From Eledone cirrhosa (taxonomy: Eukaryota), in the NCBI GenBank assembly GCA_964016885.1, contig OZ024740.1, positions 401,326,001 to 401,390,000 of the forward strand: DNA of 64,000 nt, in the 5' to 3' direction. Below are positions 1 through 14,800 of this stretch, in pieces. Under the pieces are notes generated by a model. The model was not told the DNA's origin, searched no databases, and saw only the letters and a list, made by a program, of their open reading frames with translations. Made by a program: the position numbers and the translations under genes. Numbering within the stretch: position 1 is the stretch's first letter; each line of letters opens with the position of its first letter.

Positions 1-3000
1 CAGTACAGTATAGACTATTATGCATAATCAGTGCAGTATAGAACACTATCTAGAATCAGTACAACATAGAACACTATGTAGAATCAACACAACATAGAAC
101 ACTATGTATAATCCGCACAACATAGAACACTATGTAAAATCAGTACAGTATAGAACACTATGTAGAATGAGTACAGTATAGAACACTATGTAGAAGCAGT
201 ACAGTATAGAACACTATGTAGAATCAGTACAACATAGAACACTATGTAGAATCAGTACAACATAGAACACTATGTAGAATTTGTGCATCATAGAACACTA
301 TTTAGAATCAGTACAGTATAGAACACTATGTAGAATCAGTACAGTAGAGAACACTATGTATAATCAGTACAACATATAACACTATGTAGATTCAGTACAG
401 TATAGAACACTATGTATAATCCGCACAACATAAACACTATGTAGAATCAGTACAGTATAGAACACTATGTAGAATCAGTACAACATAGAACATTATGGAG
501 AAAAAGTAAATCATAGAACACTATGTAGAATCAGTACAGTATAGAACACTATGTAGAATCAGTACAGTAGAGAACACTATGTATAATCAGTACAACATAT
601 AACACTATGTAGATTCAGTACAGTATAGAACACTATGTAGAATCAGTACAGTATAGAACACGATGTAGAATCAGTACAGTATAGAACACTATGTAGGATC
701 AGAACACTATAGAACACTATGTAGAATCAGCACAACATAGAACTCTATGTAGAATCAATACAACATAGAGCACTATGTAGAATCAGTACAACATAGAACA
801 CTATGTAGAATCAATACAACATAGAACACTATGTAGAATCAGCAAAACATAGAACACTATGTAGAATCAATACAACATAGAACACTATTTAGAATCAATA
901 CAACATAGAACACTATGTAGAATCAGTACAACATAGAACACTATGTAGAATCAGTACAGTATAGAGCACTATGTAGAATCAGTACAACATAGAACACTAC
1001 GTAGAATCAATACAACATAGAACACTATGTAGAATCAGCAAAACATAGAACACTATGTAGAATCAATACAACATAGAACACTATGTAGAATCAGCACAAC
1101 ATAGAACACTATGTAGAATCAATACAACATAGAGCACTATGTAGAATCAGTACAACATAGAACACTATGTAGAATCAGCACAACATAGAAAACTATGTAG
1201 AATCAATACAACATAGAACACTATGTAGAATCAGTACAACATAGAACACTACGTACAATCAGTACAGTATAGAACACTATGTAGAATCAGTACAACATAG
1301 AACACTATGTAGAATCAACACAACATAGAACACTATGTATAATCCGCACAACATAGAACACTATGTAAAATCAGTACAGTATAGAACACTATGTAGAATC
1401 AGTACAGTATAGAACACAATGCAGAAGCAGTACAGTATAGAACACTATGTAGAATCAGTACAACATAGAACACTATGTAGAATTTGTGCATCATAGAACA
1501 CTATTTAGAATCAGTACAGTATAGAACACTATGTAGAATCAGTACAGTAGAGAACACTATGTATAATCAGTACAACATATAACACTATGTAGATTCAGTA
1601 CAGTATAGAACACTATGTATAATCCGCACAACATAAACACTATGTAGAATCAGTATAGTATAGAACACTATGTAGAATCAGTACAGTATAGAACATCATG
1701 TAGAATTAGTACAGTATAGAACACTATGTAGAATCAGTACAACATTGAACACTATGTTGTATCAACACAACATAGAACACTATGTAGAATCAGTACACTA
1801 TAGAACACTATGTAGAATCAGTACAACATAGAACACTATGTAGAATCAGTACACTATAGAACACTATGTAAAATCAGTACAGTATAGAACACTATGTAGA
1901 ATCAGTACAGTATAGAACATCATGTAGAATTAGTACAGTATAGAACACTATGTAGAATCAGTACAACATAGAACACTATGCAGAATCAGTAGAGTATAGA
2001 ACACTATGTTGAATCAGTACAACATATAACACTATGCAGAATCAGTACAGTATAGAACACTATGTAGAATCAGTACAACATAGAACACTATGTAGAATCA
2101 GTACATTATAGAACACTATGTAGAATCAGTACAGTATAGAATACTATGCAGATTCAGTACAACATAGAACACTATATAGAATCACTACAGTATAGAACAC
2201 TATGTAGAATCAGTACAATATAGAACATTATGTAGAATCAGTAAGTATAGAACACTATGTAGAATCAGTACAGTATAGAACACTATTTAGAATCAGTACA
2301 GTATAGAACACTATGTAGAATCAGTACAACATAGAACACTATGTAGAATCAATACAACATAGAACACCATGTAGAATCAGTGCAACATAGAATACTATGT
2401 AGAATCAGTACAGTATAGAACACTATGTAGAATCAGTACAACATAGAACACTATGTAGAATCAGTACAACATAGAACACCATGTAGAATCAACTCAACAT
2501 AGAACATTACGTAGAATCAGTACAGTATAGAACACTATGTAGAATCAGTACAACATGGAACACCATGTAGAATCAACTAAAAATAGAACATTACGTAGAA
2601 TCAGTACAACATAGAACACTATGTAGAATCAGTACAATATAGAACACTGTGTATAATCAGTACAGTATAGAACACTATGTAGAATCAGTACAACATAGAA
2701 CACTATGTATAATCAGTACAGTATAGACCACTATGTAGAATCACTAAAACATTGAACACTATGTAGAATCAACACAACATAGAACACTATGTAGAATCAG
2801 TACACTATAGAACACTATGTAACATCAGTACAACATAGAACACTATGTAGAATCAGTACAACATAGAACACTATGTAGAATCAGTACAACATAGAACACT
2901 ATGTAGAATCAGCACAGCATAGAACACTATGTAGAATCAATACAACAGAGAATACTATGTAGAATTAATACAGTATAGAACACTATGTAGAATCAGTACA

Positions 3001-6000
3001 ACATAGAACACAATGTAGAATCAGTACAGTATAGAACACTATGTAGAATCAGTGCAGTATAGAACACTATGTAGAATCAGTACAACATAGAACACTATGT
3101 AGAATCAGTACAGTATAGAACACTATGTAGAATCAGTACAACACAGAACACTATGTAGAATATGTGCATCATAGAACACTATGTAGAATCGGTACAGTAG
3201 AGAACACTATGTAGAATCAGTACAGTATATAACACTATGTAGAATCAGTACAACATAGAAAACTATGTAGAATCAGTACAACATAGAACACTATGCAGAA
3301 TCAGTACAGTATAGAACACTATGTAGAATCAGTACAGTATAGAACACTATGTAGAATCAGTACAACATAGAACATTATGTAGAATAAGTACAGTATAGAA
3401 CACTATGTAGGATCAGTACAGTATAGACTATTATGCAGAATCAGTGCAGTATAGGACACTATGTAGAATCAGTACAACATAGAACACTATGTAGATTCAG
3501 TACAATATAGAACACTGTGTATAATCAGTATAATATAGAACACTATGTAGAATCAGTACAACATAGAACACTATGTATAATCAGTACAGTATAGAACACT
3601 ATGTAGAATCACTAAAACATTGAACACTATGTAGAATCAACACAACATAGAACACTATGTAGAATCAGTACAACTTAGAACACTATGTAGAATCAGTACA
3701 ACATAGAATACTATGTAGAATCAGCACAGCATAGAACACCATGTAGAATCAATACAACATAGAGCACTATGTAAAATTAGTACCGTATAGAATACTATGT
3801 AGAATCAGTACAGTATAGAACACTATGTAGAATCAGTACAGTATAGAATACTATGTAGAATCAGTACAGTATAGAACACTATGTAGAATCAGTACAACAT
3901 AGAACATTATGGAGAAAAAGTAAATCATAGAACACTATGTAGAATAAGTACAGTAGAGAGCACTATGTAGAACCAGTACAACATAGAACACTATGGAGAG
4001 TCAGTACTGCATATAACACTATGTAGAATCAGTACAGTATATAACACTATGTATAATCAGTACTGTATAGAACATTATGTAGAATCAGTAAAACATAGAA
4101 CACTACGTAGAATCAGTACAACATAGAACACTATGTAGATTCAGTACAGTATAGAACACTATGTAGAATCAATACAACATAGAACATTATGTAGAAAAAG
4201 TAGATCATAGAAGACTATGTAGAATCAGTACAACATAGAACACTATTTAGAATCAATACAACATAGAACACTATGTAGAATCAGTACAACATAGAACACT
4301 ATGTAGAATCAGCACAGTATAGAGCACTATGTAGAATCAGTACAACATAGAACACTACGTAGAATCAATACAACATAGAACACTATGTAGAATCAGCAAA
4401 ACATAGAACACTATGTAGAATCAATGCAACATAGAACACTATGTAGAATCAGCACAACATAGAACACTATGTAGAATCAATACAACATAGAGCACTATGT
4501 AGAATCAGTACAACATAGAACACTATGTAGAATCAGCACAACATAGAACACTACGTACAATCAGTACAGTATAGAACACTATGTAGAATCAGTACAACAT
4601 AGAACACTATGTAGAATCAGTACAGTATAGACTATTATGCATAATCAGTGCAGTATAGAACACTATCTAGAATCAGTACAACATAGAACACTATGTAGAA
4701 TCAACACAACATAGAACACTATGTATAATCCGCACAACATAGAACACTATGTAAAATCAGTACAGTATAGAACACTATGTAGAATGAGTACAGTATAGAA
4801 CACTATGTAGAAGCAGTACAGTATAGAACACTATGTAGAATCAGTACAACATAGAACACTATGTAGAATCAGTACAACATAGAACACTATGTAGAATTTG
4901 TGCATCATAGAACACTATTTAGAATCAGTACAGTATAGAACACTATGTAGAATCAGTACAGTAGAGAACACTATGTATAATCAGTACAACATATAACACT
5001 ATGTAGATTCAGTACAGTATAGAACACTATGTATAATCCGCACAACATAAACACTATGTAGAATCAGTACAGTATAGAACACTATGTAGAATCAGTACAA
5101 CATAGAACATTATGGAGAAAAAGTAAATCATAGAACACTATGTAGAATCAGTACAGTATAGAACACTATGTAGAATCAGTACAGTAGAGAACACTATGTA
5201 TAATCAGTACAACATATAACACTATGTAGATTCAGTACAGTATAGAACACTATGTAGAATCAGTACAGTATAGAACACGATGTAGAATCAGTACAGTATA
5301 GAACACTATGTAGGATCAGAACACTATAGAACACTATGTAGAATCAGCACAACATAGAACTCTATGTAGAATCAATACAACATAGAGCACTATGTAGAAT
5401 CAGTACAACATAGAACACTATGTAGAATCAATACAACATAGAACACTATGTAGAATCAGCAAAACATAGAACACTATGTAGAATCAATACAACATAGAAC
5501 ACTATTTAGAATCAATACAACATAGAACACTATGTAGAATCAGTACAACATAGAACACTATGTAGAATCAGTACAGTATAGAGCACTATGTAGAATCAGT
5601 ACAACATAGAACACTACGTAGAATCAATACAACATAGAACACTATGTAGAATCAGCAAAACATAGAACACTATGTAGAATCAATACAACATAGAACACTA
5701 TGTAGAATCAGCACAACATAGAACACTATGTAGAATCAATACAACATAGAGCACTATGTAGAATCAGTACAACATAGAACACTATGTAGAATCAGCACAA
5801 CATAGAAAACTATGTAGAATCAATACAACATAGAACACTATGTAGAATCAGTACAACATAGAACACTACGTACAATCAGTACAGTATAGAACACTATGTA
5901 GAATCAGTACAACATAGAACACTATGTAGAATCAACACAACATAGAACACTATGTATAATCCGCACAACATAGAACACTATGTAAAATCAGTACAGTATA

Positions 6001-8820
6001 GAACACTATGTAGAATCAGTACAGTATAGAACACAATGCAGAAGCAGTACAGTATAGAACACTATGTAGAATCAGTACAACATAGAACACTATGTAGAAT
6101 TTGTGCATCATAGAACACTATTTAGAATCAGTACAGTATAGAACACTATGTAGAATCAGTACAGTAGAGAACACTATGTATAATCAGTACAACATATAAC
6201 ACTATGTAGATTCAGTACAGTATAGAACACTATGTATAATCCGCACAACATAAACACTATGTAGAATCAGTATAGTATAGAACACTATGTAGAATCAGTA
6301 CAGTATAGAACATCATGTAGAATTAGTACAGTATAGAACACTATGTAGAATCAGTACAACATTGAACACTATGTTGTATCAACACAACATAGAACACTAT
6401 GTAGAATCAGTACACTATAGAACACTATGTAGAATCAGTACAACATAGAACACTATGTAGAATCAGTACACTATAGAACACTATGTAAAATCAGTACAGT
6501 ATAGAACACTATGTAGAATCAGTACAGTATAGAACATCATGTAGAATTAGTACAGTATAGAACACTATGTAGAATCAGTACAACATAGAACACTATGCAG
6601 AATCAGTAGAGTATAGAACACTATGTTGAATCAGTACAACATATAACACTATGCAGAATCAGTACAGTATAGAACACTATGTAGAATCAGTACAACATAG
6701 AACACTATGTAGAATCAGTACATTATAGAACACTATGTAGAATCAGTACAGTATAGAATACTATGCAGATTCAGTACAACATAGAACACTATATAGAATC
6801 ACTACAGTATAGAACACTATGTAGAATCAGTACAATATAGAACATTATGTAGAATCAGTAAGTATAGAACACTATGTAGAATCAGTACAGTATAGAACAC
6901 TATTTAGAATCAGTACAGTATAGAACACTATGTAGAATCAGTACAACATAGAACACTATGTAGAATCAATACAACATAGAACACCATGTAGAATCAGTGC
7001 AACATAGAATACTATGTAGAATCAGTACAGTATAGAACACTATGTAGAATCAGTACAACATAGAACACTATGTAGAATCAGTACAACATAGAACACCATG
7101 TAGAATCAACTCAACATAGAACATTACGTAGAATCAGTACAGTATAGAACACTATGTAGAATCAGTACAACATGGAACACCATGTAGAATCAACTAAAAA
7201 TAGAACATTACGTAGAATCAGTACAACATAGAACACTATGTAGAATCAGTACAATATAGAACACTGTGTATAATCAGTACAGTATAGAACACTATGTAGA
7301 ATCAGTACAACATAGAACACTATGTATAATCAGTACAGTATAGACCACTATGTAGAATCACTAAAACATTGAACACTATGTAGAATCAACACAACATAGA
7401 ACACTATGTAGAATCAGTACACTATAGAACACTATGTAACATCAGTACAACATAGAACACTATGTAGAATCAGTACAACATAGAACACTATGTAGAATCA
7501 GTACAACATAGAACACTATGTAGAATCAGCACAGCATAGAACACTATGTAGAATCAATACAACAGAGAATACTATGTAGAATTAATACAGTATAGAACAC
7601 TATGTAGAATCAGTACAACATAGAACACAATGTAGAATCAGTACAGTATAGAACACTATGTAGAATCAGTGCAGTATAGAACACTATGTAGAATCAGTAC
7701 AACATAGAACACTATGTAGAATCAGTACAGTATAGAACACTATGTAGAATATGTGCATCATAGAACACTATGTAGAATCGGTACAGTAGAGAACACTATG
7801 TAGAATCAGTACAGTATATAACACTATGTAGAATCAGTACAACATAGAAAACTATGTAGAATCAGTACAACATAGAACACTATGCAGAATCAGTACAGTA
7901 TAGAACACTATGTAGAATCAGTACAGTATAGAACACTATGTAGAATCAGTACAACATAGAACATTATGTAGAATAAGTACAGTATAGAACACTATGTAGG
8001 ATCAGTACAGTATAGACTATTATGCAGAATCAGTGCAGTATAGGACACTATGTAGAATCAGTACAACATAGAACACTATGTAGATTCAGTACAATATAGA
8101 ACACTGTGTATAATCAGTATAATATAGAACACTATGTAGAATCAGTACAACATAGAACACTATGTATAATCAGTACAGTATAGAACACTATGTAGAATCA
8201 CTAAAACATTGAACACTATGTAGAATCAACACAACATAGAACACTATGTAGAATCAGTACAACTTAGAACACTATGTAGAATCAGTACAACATAGAATAC
8301 TATGTAGAATCAGCACAGCATAGAACACCATGTAGAATCAATACAACATAGAGCACTATGTAAAATTAGTACCGTATAGAATACTATGTAGAATCAGTAC
8401 AGTATAGAACACTATGTAGAATCAGTACAGTATAGAATACTATGTAGAATCAGTACAGTATAGAACACTATGTAGAATCAGTACAACATAGAACATTATG
8501 TAGAAAAAGTAAATCATAGAACACTATATAGAATAAGTACAGTAGAGAGCACTATGTAGAACCAGTACAACATAGAACACTATGGAGAGTCAGTACTGCA
8601 TATAACACTATGTAGAATCAGTACAGTATATAACACTATGTATAATCAGTACTGTATAGAACATTATGTAGAATCAGTAAAACATAGAACACTACGTAGA
8701 ATCAGTACAACATAGAACACTATGTAGATTCAGTACAGTATAGAACACTATGTAGAATCAATACAACATAGAACATTATGTAGAAAAAGTAGATCATAGA
8801 AGACTATGTAGAATCAGTAC
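1..8820. repeat. Higher-order duplication: about 1-4231 repeated at about 4618-8820 (offset 4617 = 165 monomers minus 3 bp)
   Basis: CAGTACAGTATAGACTATTATGCATAATC at 1 and 4618; GAATTTGTGC at 277 and 4894. The offset becomes 4589 after loss of one monomer near 7740 (GGTACAG at 3191 and 7780). Confidence 0.95.
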
Positions 8821-11657
8821 AGTAGAGAGCACTATGTCGAATCAGTACAACATAGAACACTATGCAGAATCAGTACAGTATAGAACACTATGTAGAATCA
8901 GTACAGTATAGAACACTATGTAGAATCAGTACAGTATAGAACACTAAGTAGAATCAGTACAATATAGAACACTATGTAGAGTCAGTAAGTATAGAACACT
9001 ATGTAGAATCAGTACAGTATAGAACACTATTTAGAATCAGTACACTATAGAACACTATGTAAAATCAGTACAACATAGAACACTATGTAGAATCAGTACA
9101 GTATAGAACACTATGTAGAATCAGTAAAACATAGAACACTATGTAGAATCAGTACAGTATATAATACTATGCAGAATCAGTACAGTATAGAACACTATGT
9201 AGAATCAGTACAACATAGAACACTATGTAGAAACAGTACAACATAGAACACTATGTAGAATCAGCACAGCATAGAACACTATGTAGATTCAGAACAACAT
9301 AGAACACTATGTAGAATCAGTCGAACATAGAGCACTATGTAGAATCAGTACAGTATAGAACACTATGTAGAATCAGTACAGTATAGAACACTATGCAGGA
9401 TCAGAACACTATAGAACACTATGTAAAATCACTACACCATAGAACACTATGTAGAATCAGTACAACAGAGAACACTATGTAGAATCAGCACAACATAGAA
9501 CACTATGTAGAATCAATACAACATAGAACACTATGTAGAATCAGTACAGCATAGAGCACTATGTAGAAACAGTACAGTACAGAGCACTATGTAGAATCAG
9601 TACAACAGAGAACACTATGTAGAATCAGCACAACATAGAACACTATGTAGAATCAATACAACATAGAACACTATGTAGAATCAGTACAGTAGAGAGCACT
9701 ATGTAGAATCAGTACAACATAGAACACTATGTAGAATCAGCAAAACATAGAAAACTATGTAGAATCAATACAATATAGAACACTATGTAGAATCAGTACA
9801 ACATAGAACACTATGTAGAATCAGTACAGTATAGAACACTATGTAGAATCAGTACAACATAGAACACTATGAAGAATCAGTACAGTATAAACTATTATGC
9901 AGAATCAGTGCAGTATAGAACACTATGTAGAATCAGAACAACATAGAACACTATGTAGAATCAGTACAACATAGAATACTATGTAGAATCAGCACAGCAT
10001 AGAACACCATGTAGAATCAATACAACATAGAGCACTATGTAAAATTAGTACCGTATAGAATACTTTGTAGAATCAGTACAGTATAGAACACTATGTAGAA
10101 TCAGTACAGTATAGAATACTATGTAGAATCAGTACAGTATAGAACACTATGTAGAATCAGTACAACATAGAACATTATGTAGAAAAAGTAAATCATAGAA
10201 CACTATATAGAATAAGTACAGTAGAGAGCACTATGTAGAACCAGTACAACATAGAACACTATGGAGAGTCAGTACTGCATATAACACTATGTAGAATCAG
10301 TACAGTATATAACACTATGTATAATCAGTACTGTATAGAACATTATGTAGAATCAGTAAAACATAGAACACTACGTAGAATCAGTACAACATAGAACACT
10401 ATGTAGATTCAGTACAGTATAGAACACTATGTAGAATCAATACAACATAGAACATTATGTAGAAAAAGTAGATCATAGAAGACTATGTAGAATCAGTACA
10501 GTAGAGAGCACTATGTCGAATCAGTACAACATAGAACACTATGCAGAATCAGTACAGTATAGAACACTATGTAGAATCAGTACAGTATAGAACACTATGT
10601 AGAATCAGTACAGTATAGAACACTAAGTAGAATCAGTACAATATAGAACACTATGTAGAGTCAGTAAGTATAGAACACTATGTAGAATCAGTACAGTATA
10701 GAACACTATTTAGAATCAGTACACTATAGAACACTATGTAAAATCAGTACAACATAGAACACTATGTAGAATCAGTACAGTATAGAACACTATGTAGAAT
10801 CAGTAAAACATAGAACACTATGTAGAATCAGTACAGTATATAATACTATGCAGAATCAGTACAGTATAGAACACTATGTAGAATCAGTACAACATAGAAC
10901 ACTATGTAGAAACAGTACAACATAGAACACTATGTAGAATCAGCACAGCATAGAACACTATGTAGATTCAGAACAACATAGAACACTATGTAGAATCAGT
11001 CGAACATAGAGCACTATGTAGAATCAGTACAGTATAGAACACTATGTAGAATCAGTACAGTATAGAACACTATGCAGGATCAGAACACTATAGAACACTA
11101 TGTAAAATCACTACACCATAGAACACTATGTAGAATCAGTACAACAGAGAACACTATGTAGAATCAGCACAACATAGAACACTATGTAGAATCAATACAA
11201 CATAGAACACTATGTAGAATCAGTACAGCATAGAGCACTATGTAGAAACAGTACAGTACAGAGCACTATGTAGAATCAGTACAACAGAGAACACTATGTA
11301 GAATCAGCACAACATAGAACACTATGTAGAATCAATACAACATAGAACACTATGTAGAATCAGTACAGTAGAGAGCACTATGTAGAATCAGTACAACATA
11401 GAACACTATGTAGAATCAGCAAAACATAGAAAACTATGTAGAATCAATACAATATAGAACACTATGTAGAATCAGTACAACATAGAACACTATGTAGAAT
11501 CAGTACAGTATAGAACACTATGTAGAATCAGTACAACATAGAACACTATGAAGAATCAGTACAGTATAAACTATTATGCAGAATCAGTGCAGTATAGAAC
11601 ACTATGTAGAATCAGAACAACATAGAACACTATGTAGAATCAGTACAACATAGAACA
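8270..11657. repeat. Near-perfect head-to-tail duplication of 1679 bp (60 monomers minus 1 bp)
   Basis: TCAGTACAACATAGAATACT at 8282 and 9961; GGAGAGTCAGTACTGC at 8584 and 10263; GAATCAGTGCAG at 9902 and 11581. Confidence 0.95.
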
Positions 11658-11829
11658 CTATGTAGAATCAGTACAGTATAGACTACTATGCAGAATCAGT
11701 ACAGTATAGAACACTATGCAGAATCAGTGCAGTATAGAACACTATGTAGAATCAGTACAACATAGAACACTATATAGAATCAATACAACACAGAACACTA
11801 TGTAGAATCCGCACAACATAGAACACTAT

Positions 11830-14800
11830 GTAGAATCAGTACAGTATAGAACACTATGTAGAATCAGTACAGCATAGAACACTATGTAGAATCAGTACAG
11901 TATAGAACATCATGTAGAATCAGTACAGTATAGAACACTATTTAGAATCAGTACACTATAGAACACAATGTAAAATCAGTACAACATAGAACACTATGTA
12001 GAATCAGTACAACATAGAACACTATGTAGAGTCACTACAGTATAGAACACTATGTAGAATCAGTACAGTATAGAACACTATGTAGAATCAGTACAACATA
12101 GAACATTATGTATAATCAGTACATCATAGTACACTATGTAGAATCAGTACAGTATAGAACACTATGTAGAATCAGTACAACATAGAACATTATGTAGAAT
12201 AAGTACAGTATAGAACACTATGTAGGATCAGTACAGTATAGACTATTATGCAGAATCAGTGCAGTATAAGACACTATGTAGAATCAGTACAACATAGAAC
12301 ACTATGTAGATTCAGTACAATATAGAACACTGTGTATAATCAGTATAATATAGAACACTATGTAGAATCAGTACAACATAGAACACTATGTATAATCAGT
12401 ACAGCATAGAACAATATGTAGAATCACTAAAACATTGAACACTATGTAGAATCAACACAACATAGAACACTATGTAGAATCAGTACAACTTAGAACACTA
12501 TGTAGAATCAGTACAACATAGAATACTATGTAGAATCAGCACAGCATAGAACACCATGTAGAATCAATACAACATAGAGCACTATGTAGAATTAGTACCG
12601 TATAGAATACTATGTAGAATAAGTACAGTAGAGAGCACTATGTAGAACCAGTACAACATAGAACACTATGGAGAGTCAGTACTGCATAGAACACTATGTA
12701 GAATCAGTACAGTATATAACACTATGTATAATCAGTACTGTATAGAACATTATGTAGAATCAGTAAAACATAGAACACTACGTAGAATCAGTACAACATA
12801 GAACACTATGTAGATTCAGTACAGTATAGAACACTATGTAGAATCAATACAACATAGAACATTATATAGAAAAAGTAGATCATAGAAGACTATGTAGAAT
12901 CAGTACAGTAGAGAGCACTATGTCGAATCAGTACAACATAGAACACTATGCAGAATTAGTACAGTATAGAACACTATGTAGAATCAGTACAGTTTAGAAC
13001 CCTATGTAGAATCAGTACAGTATAGAACACTAAGTAGAATCAGTACAATATAGAACACTATGTAGAGTCAGTAAGTATAGAACACTATGTAGAATCAGTA
13101 CAGTATAGAACACTATTTAGAATCAGTACACTATAGAACATTATGTAAAATCAGTACAACATAGAACACTATGTAGAATCAGTACAGTATAGAACACTAT
13201 GTAGAATCAGTAAAACATAGAACACTATGTAGAATCAGTACAGTATATACTACTATGCAGAATCAGTACAGTATAGAACACTATGTAGAATCAGTACAAC
13301 ATAGAACACTATGTAGATTCAGTACAACATAGAACATTATGTAGAATCAGTACAGTATAGAACACTATATAGAATCAGTACAGTATAGAACACTATGTAG
13401 AATCAGTACAACACAGAAGATTATGCAGAATCAGTACAGTATAGAACACTATGTAGAATCAGTACATCATAGAACACTATGTAGAATCAGTACAGTATAG
13501 AACACTATGTAGAATCAGTACAGTATAGAACACTATGTAGAATCAGTACATCATAGAACACTATGTAGAATCAGTACAGTATAGAACACTATGTAGAATC
13601 AGTAGAGTATAGAACACTATGTAGAATCAGTACAGTATAGAACACTATGTAGAATATGTGCATCATAGAACACTATGTAGTATCAGTACAGTAGAGAACA
13701 CTATGTAGAATCAGTACAGTATAGAACACTATGTAGAATCAGTACAGTATTGACTACTATGTATAATCAGTACAGTATAGAACACTATGTATAATCAGTA
13801 CAGTATAGAACACTATGTAGAATCAGTACAACATAGAACACTATGTAGAATCAGTACAACATAGAACACTATGTAGAATTAGTACAGTATAGAACACTAT
13901 GTAGATTCAGTACAACATAGAACACTATGTAGAATCAGTACAACATAGAACACTATGTAGAATCAGCACAGCATAGAACACTATGTAGATTCAGTACAAC
14001 ATAGAACACTATGTAGAATTAGTACAGTATAGAACACTATGTAGGATCAGTACAGTAGTGAACACTATGTAGAATCAGTAATCATAGAACACTATGTAGA
14101 ATCAGTACAGTATAGAATACTATGTAGAATCAGTACAGTATAGTACACTATGTAGAATCAGTACAGTAGAGAGCACTATGTAGAATCAGTACAGTATAGA
14201 ACACTATGTATAATCAGTACAGTATAGAACACTATGTAGAATCAGTACAGTAGAGAGCACTATGTAGAATCAGTACAGTATAGAATACTATGTAGAATCA
14301 GTACAGTATATAACACTATGTAGAATCAGTACAGTAGAGAGCACTATGTAGAATCAGTACAGCATAGAACACTATGTAGGTTCAGTACAGTATAGAACAC
14401 TATGTAGAATCAGTACAACATAGAACACTATGTAGATTCAGTACAGTATAGAACACTATGTAGAATCAGTACAACATAGAACGTTATGCAGAATCAGTAC
14501 AGTATAGAACACTATGTAGAATCAGTACAACATAGAACACTATGTAGAATCAGTACAGTATAGAACACTATGTAGAATCAGTACAGTATAGAACACTATG
14601 CAGGATCAGAACACTATAGAACACTATGTAAAATCACTACACCATAGAACACTATGTAAAATCAGTACAGTATAGAGCACTATGTAGAATCAGTACAACA
14701 TAGAACACTATGTAGAATCAGCACAACATAGAACACTATGTAGAATCAATACAACATAGAACACTATGTAGAATCAGTACAGTAGAGGCCACTATGTAGA

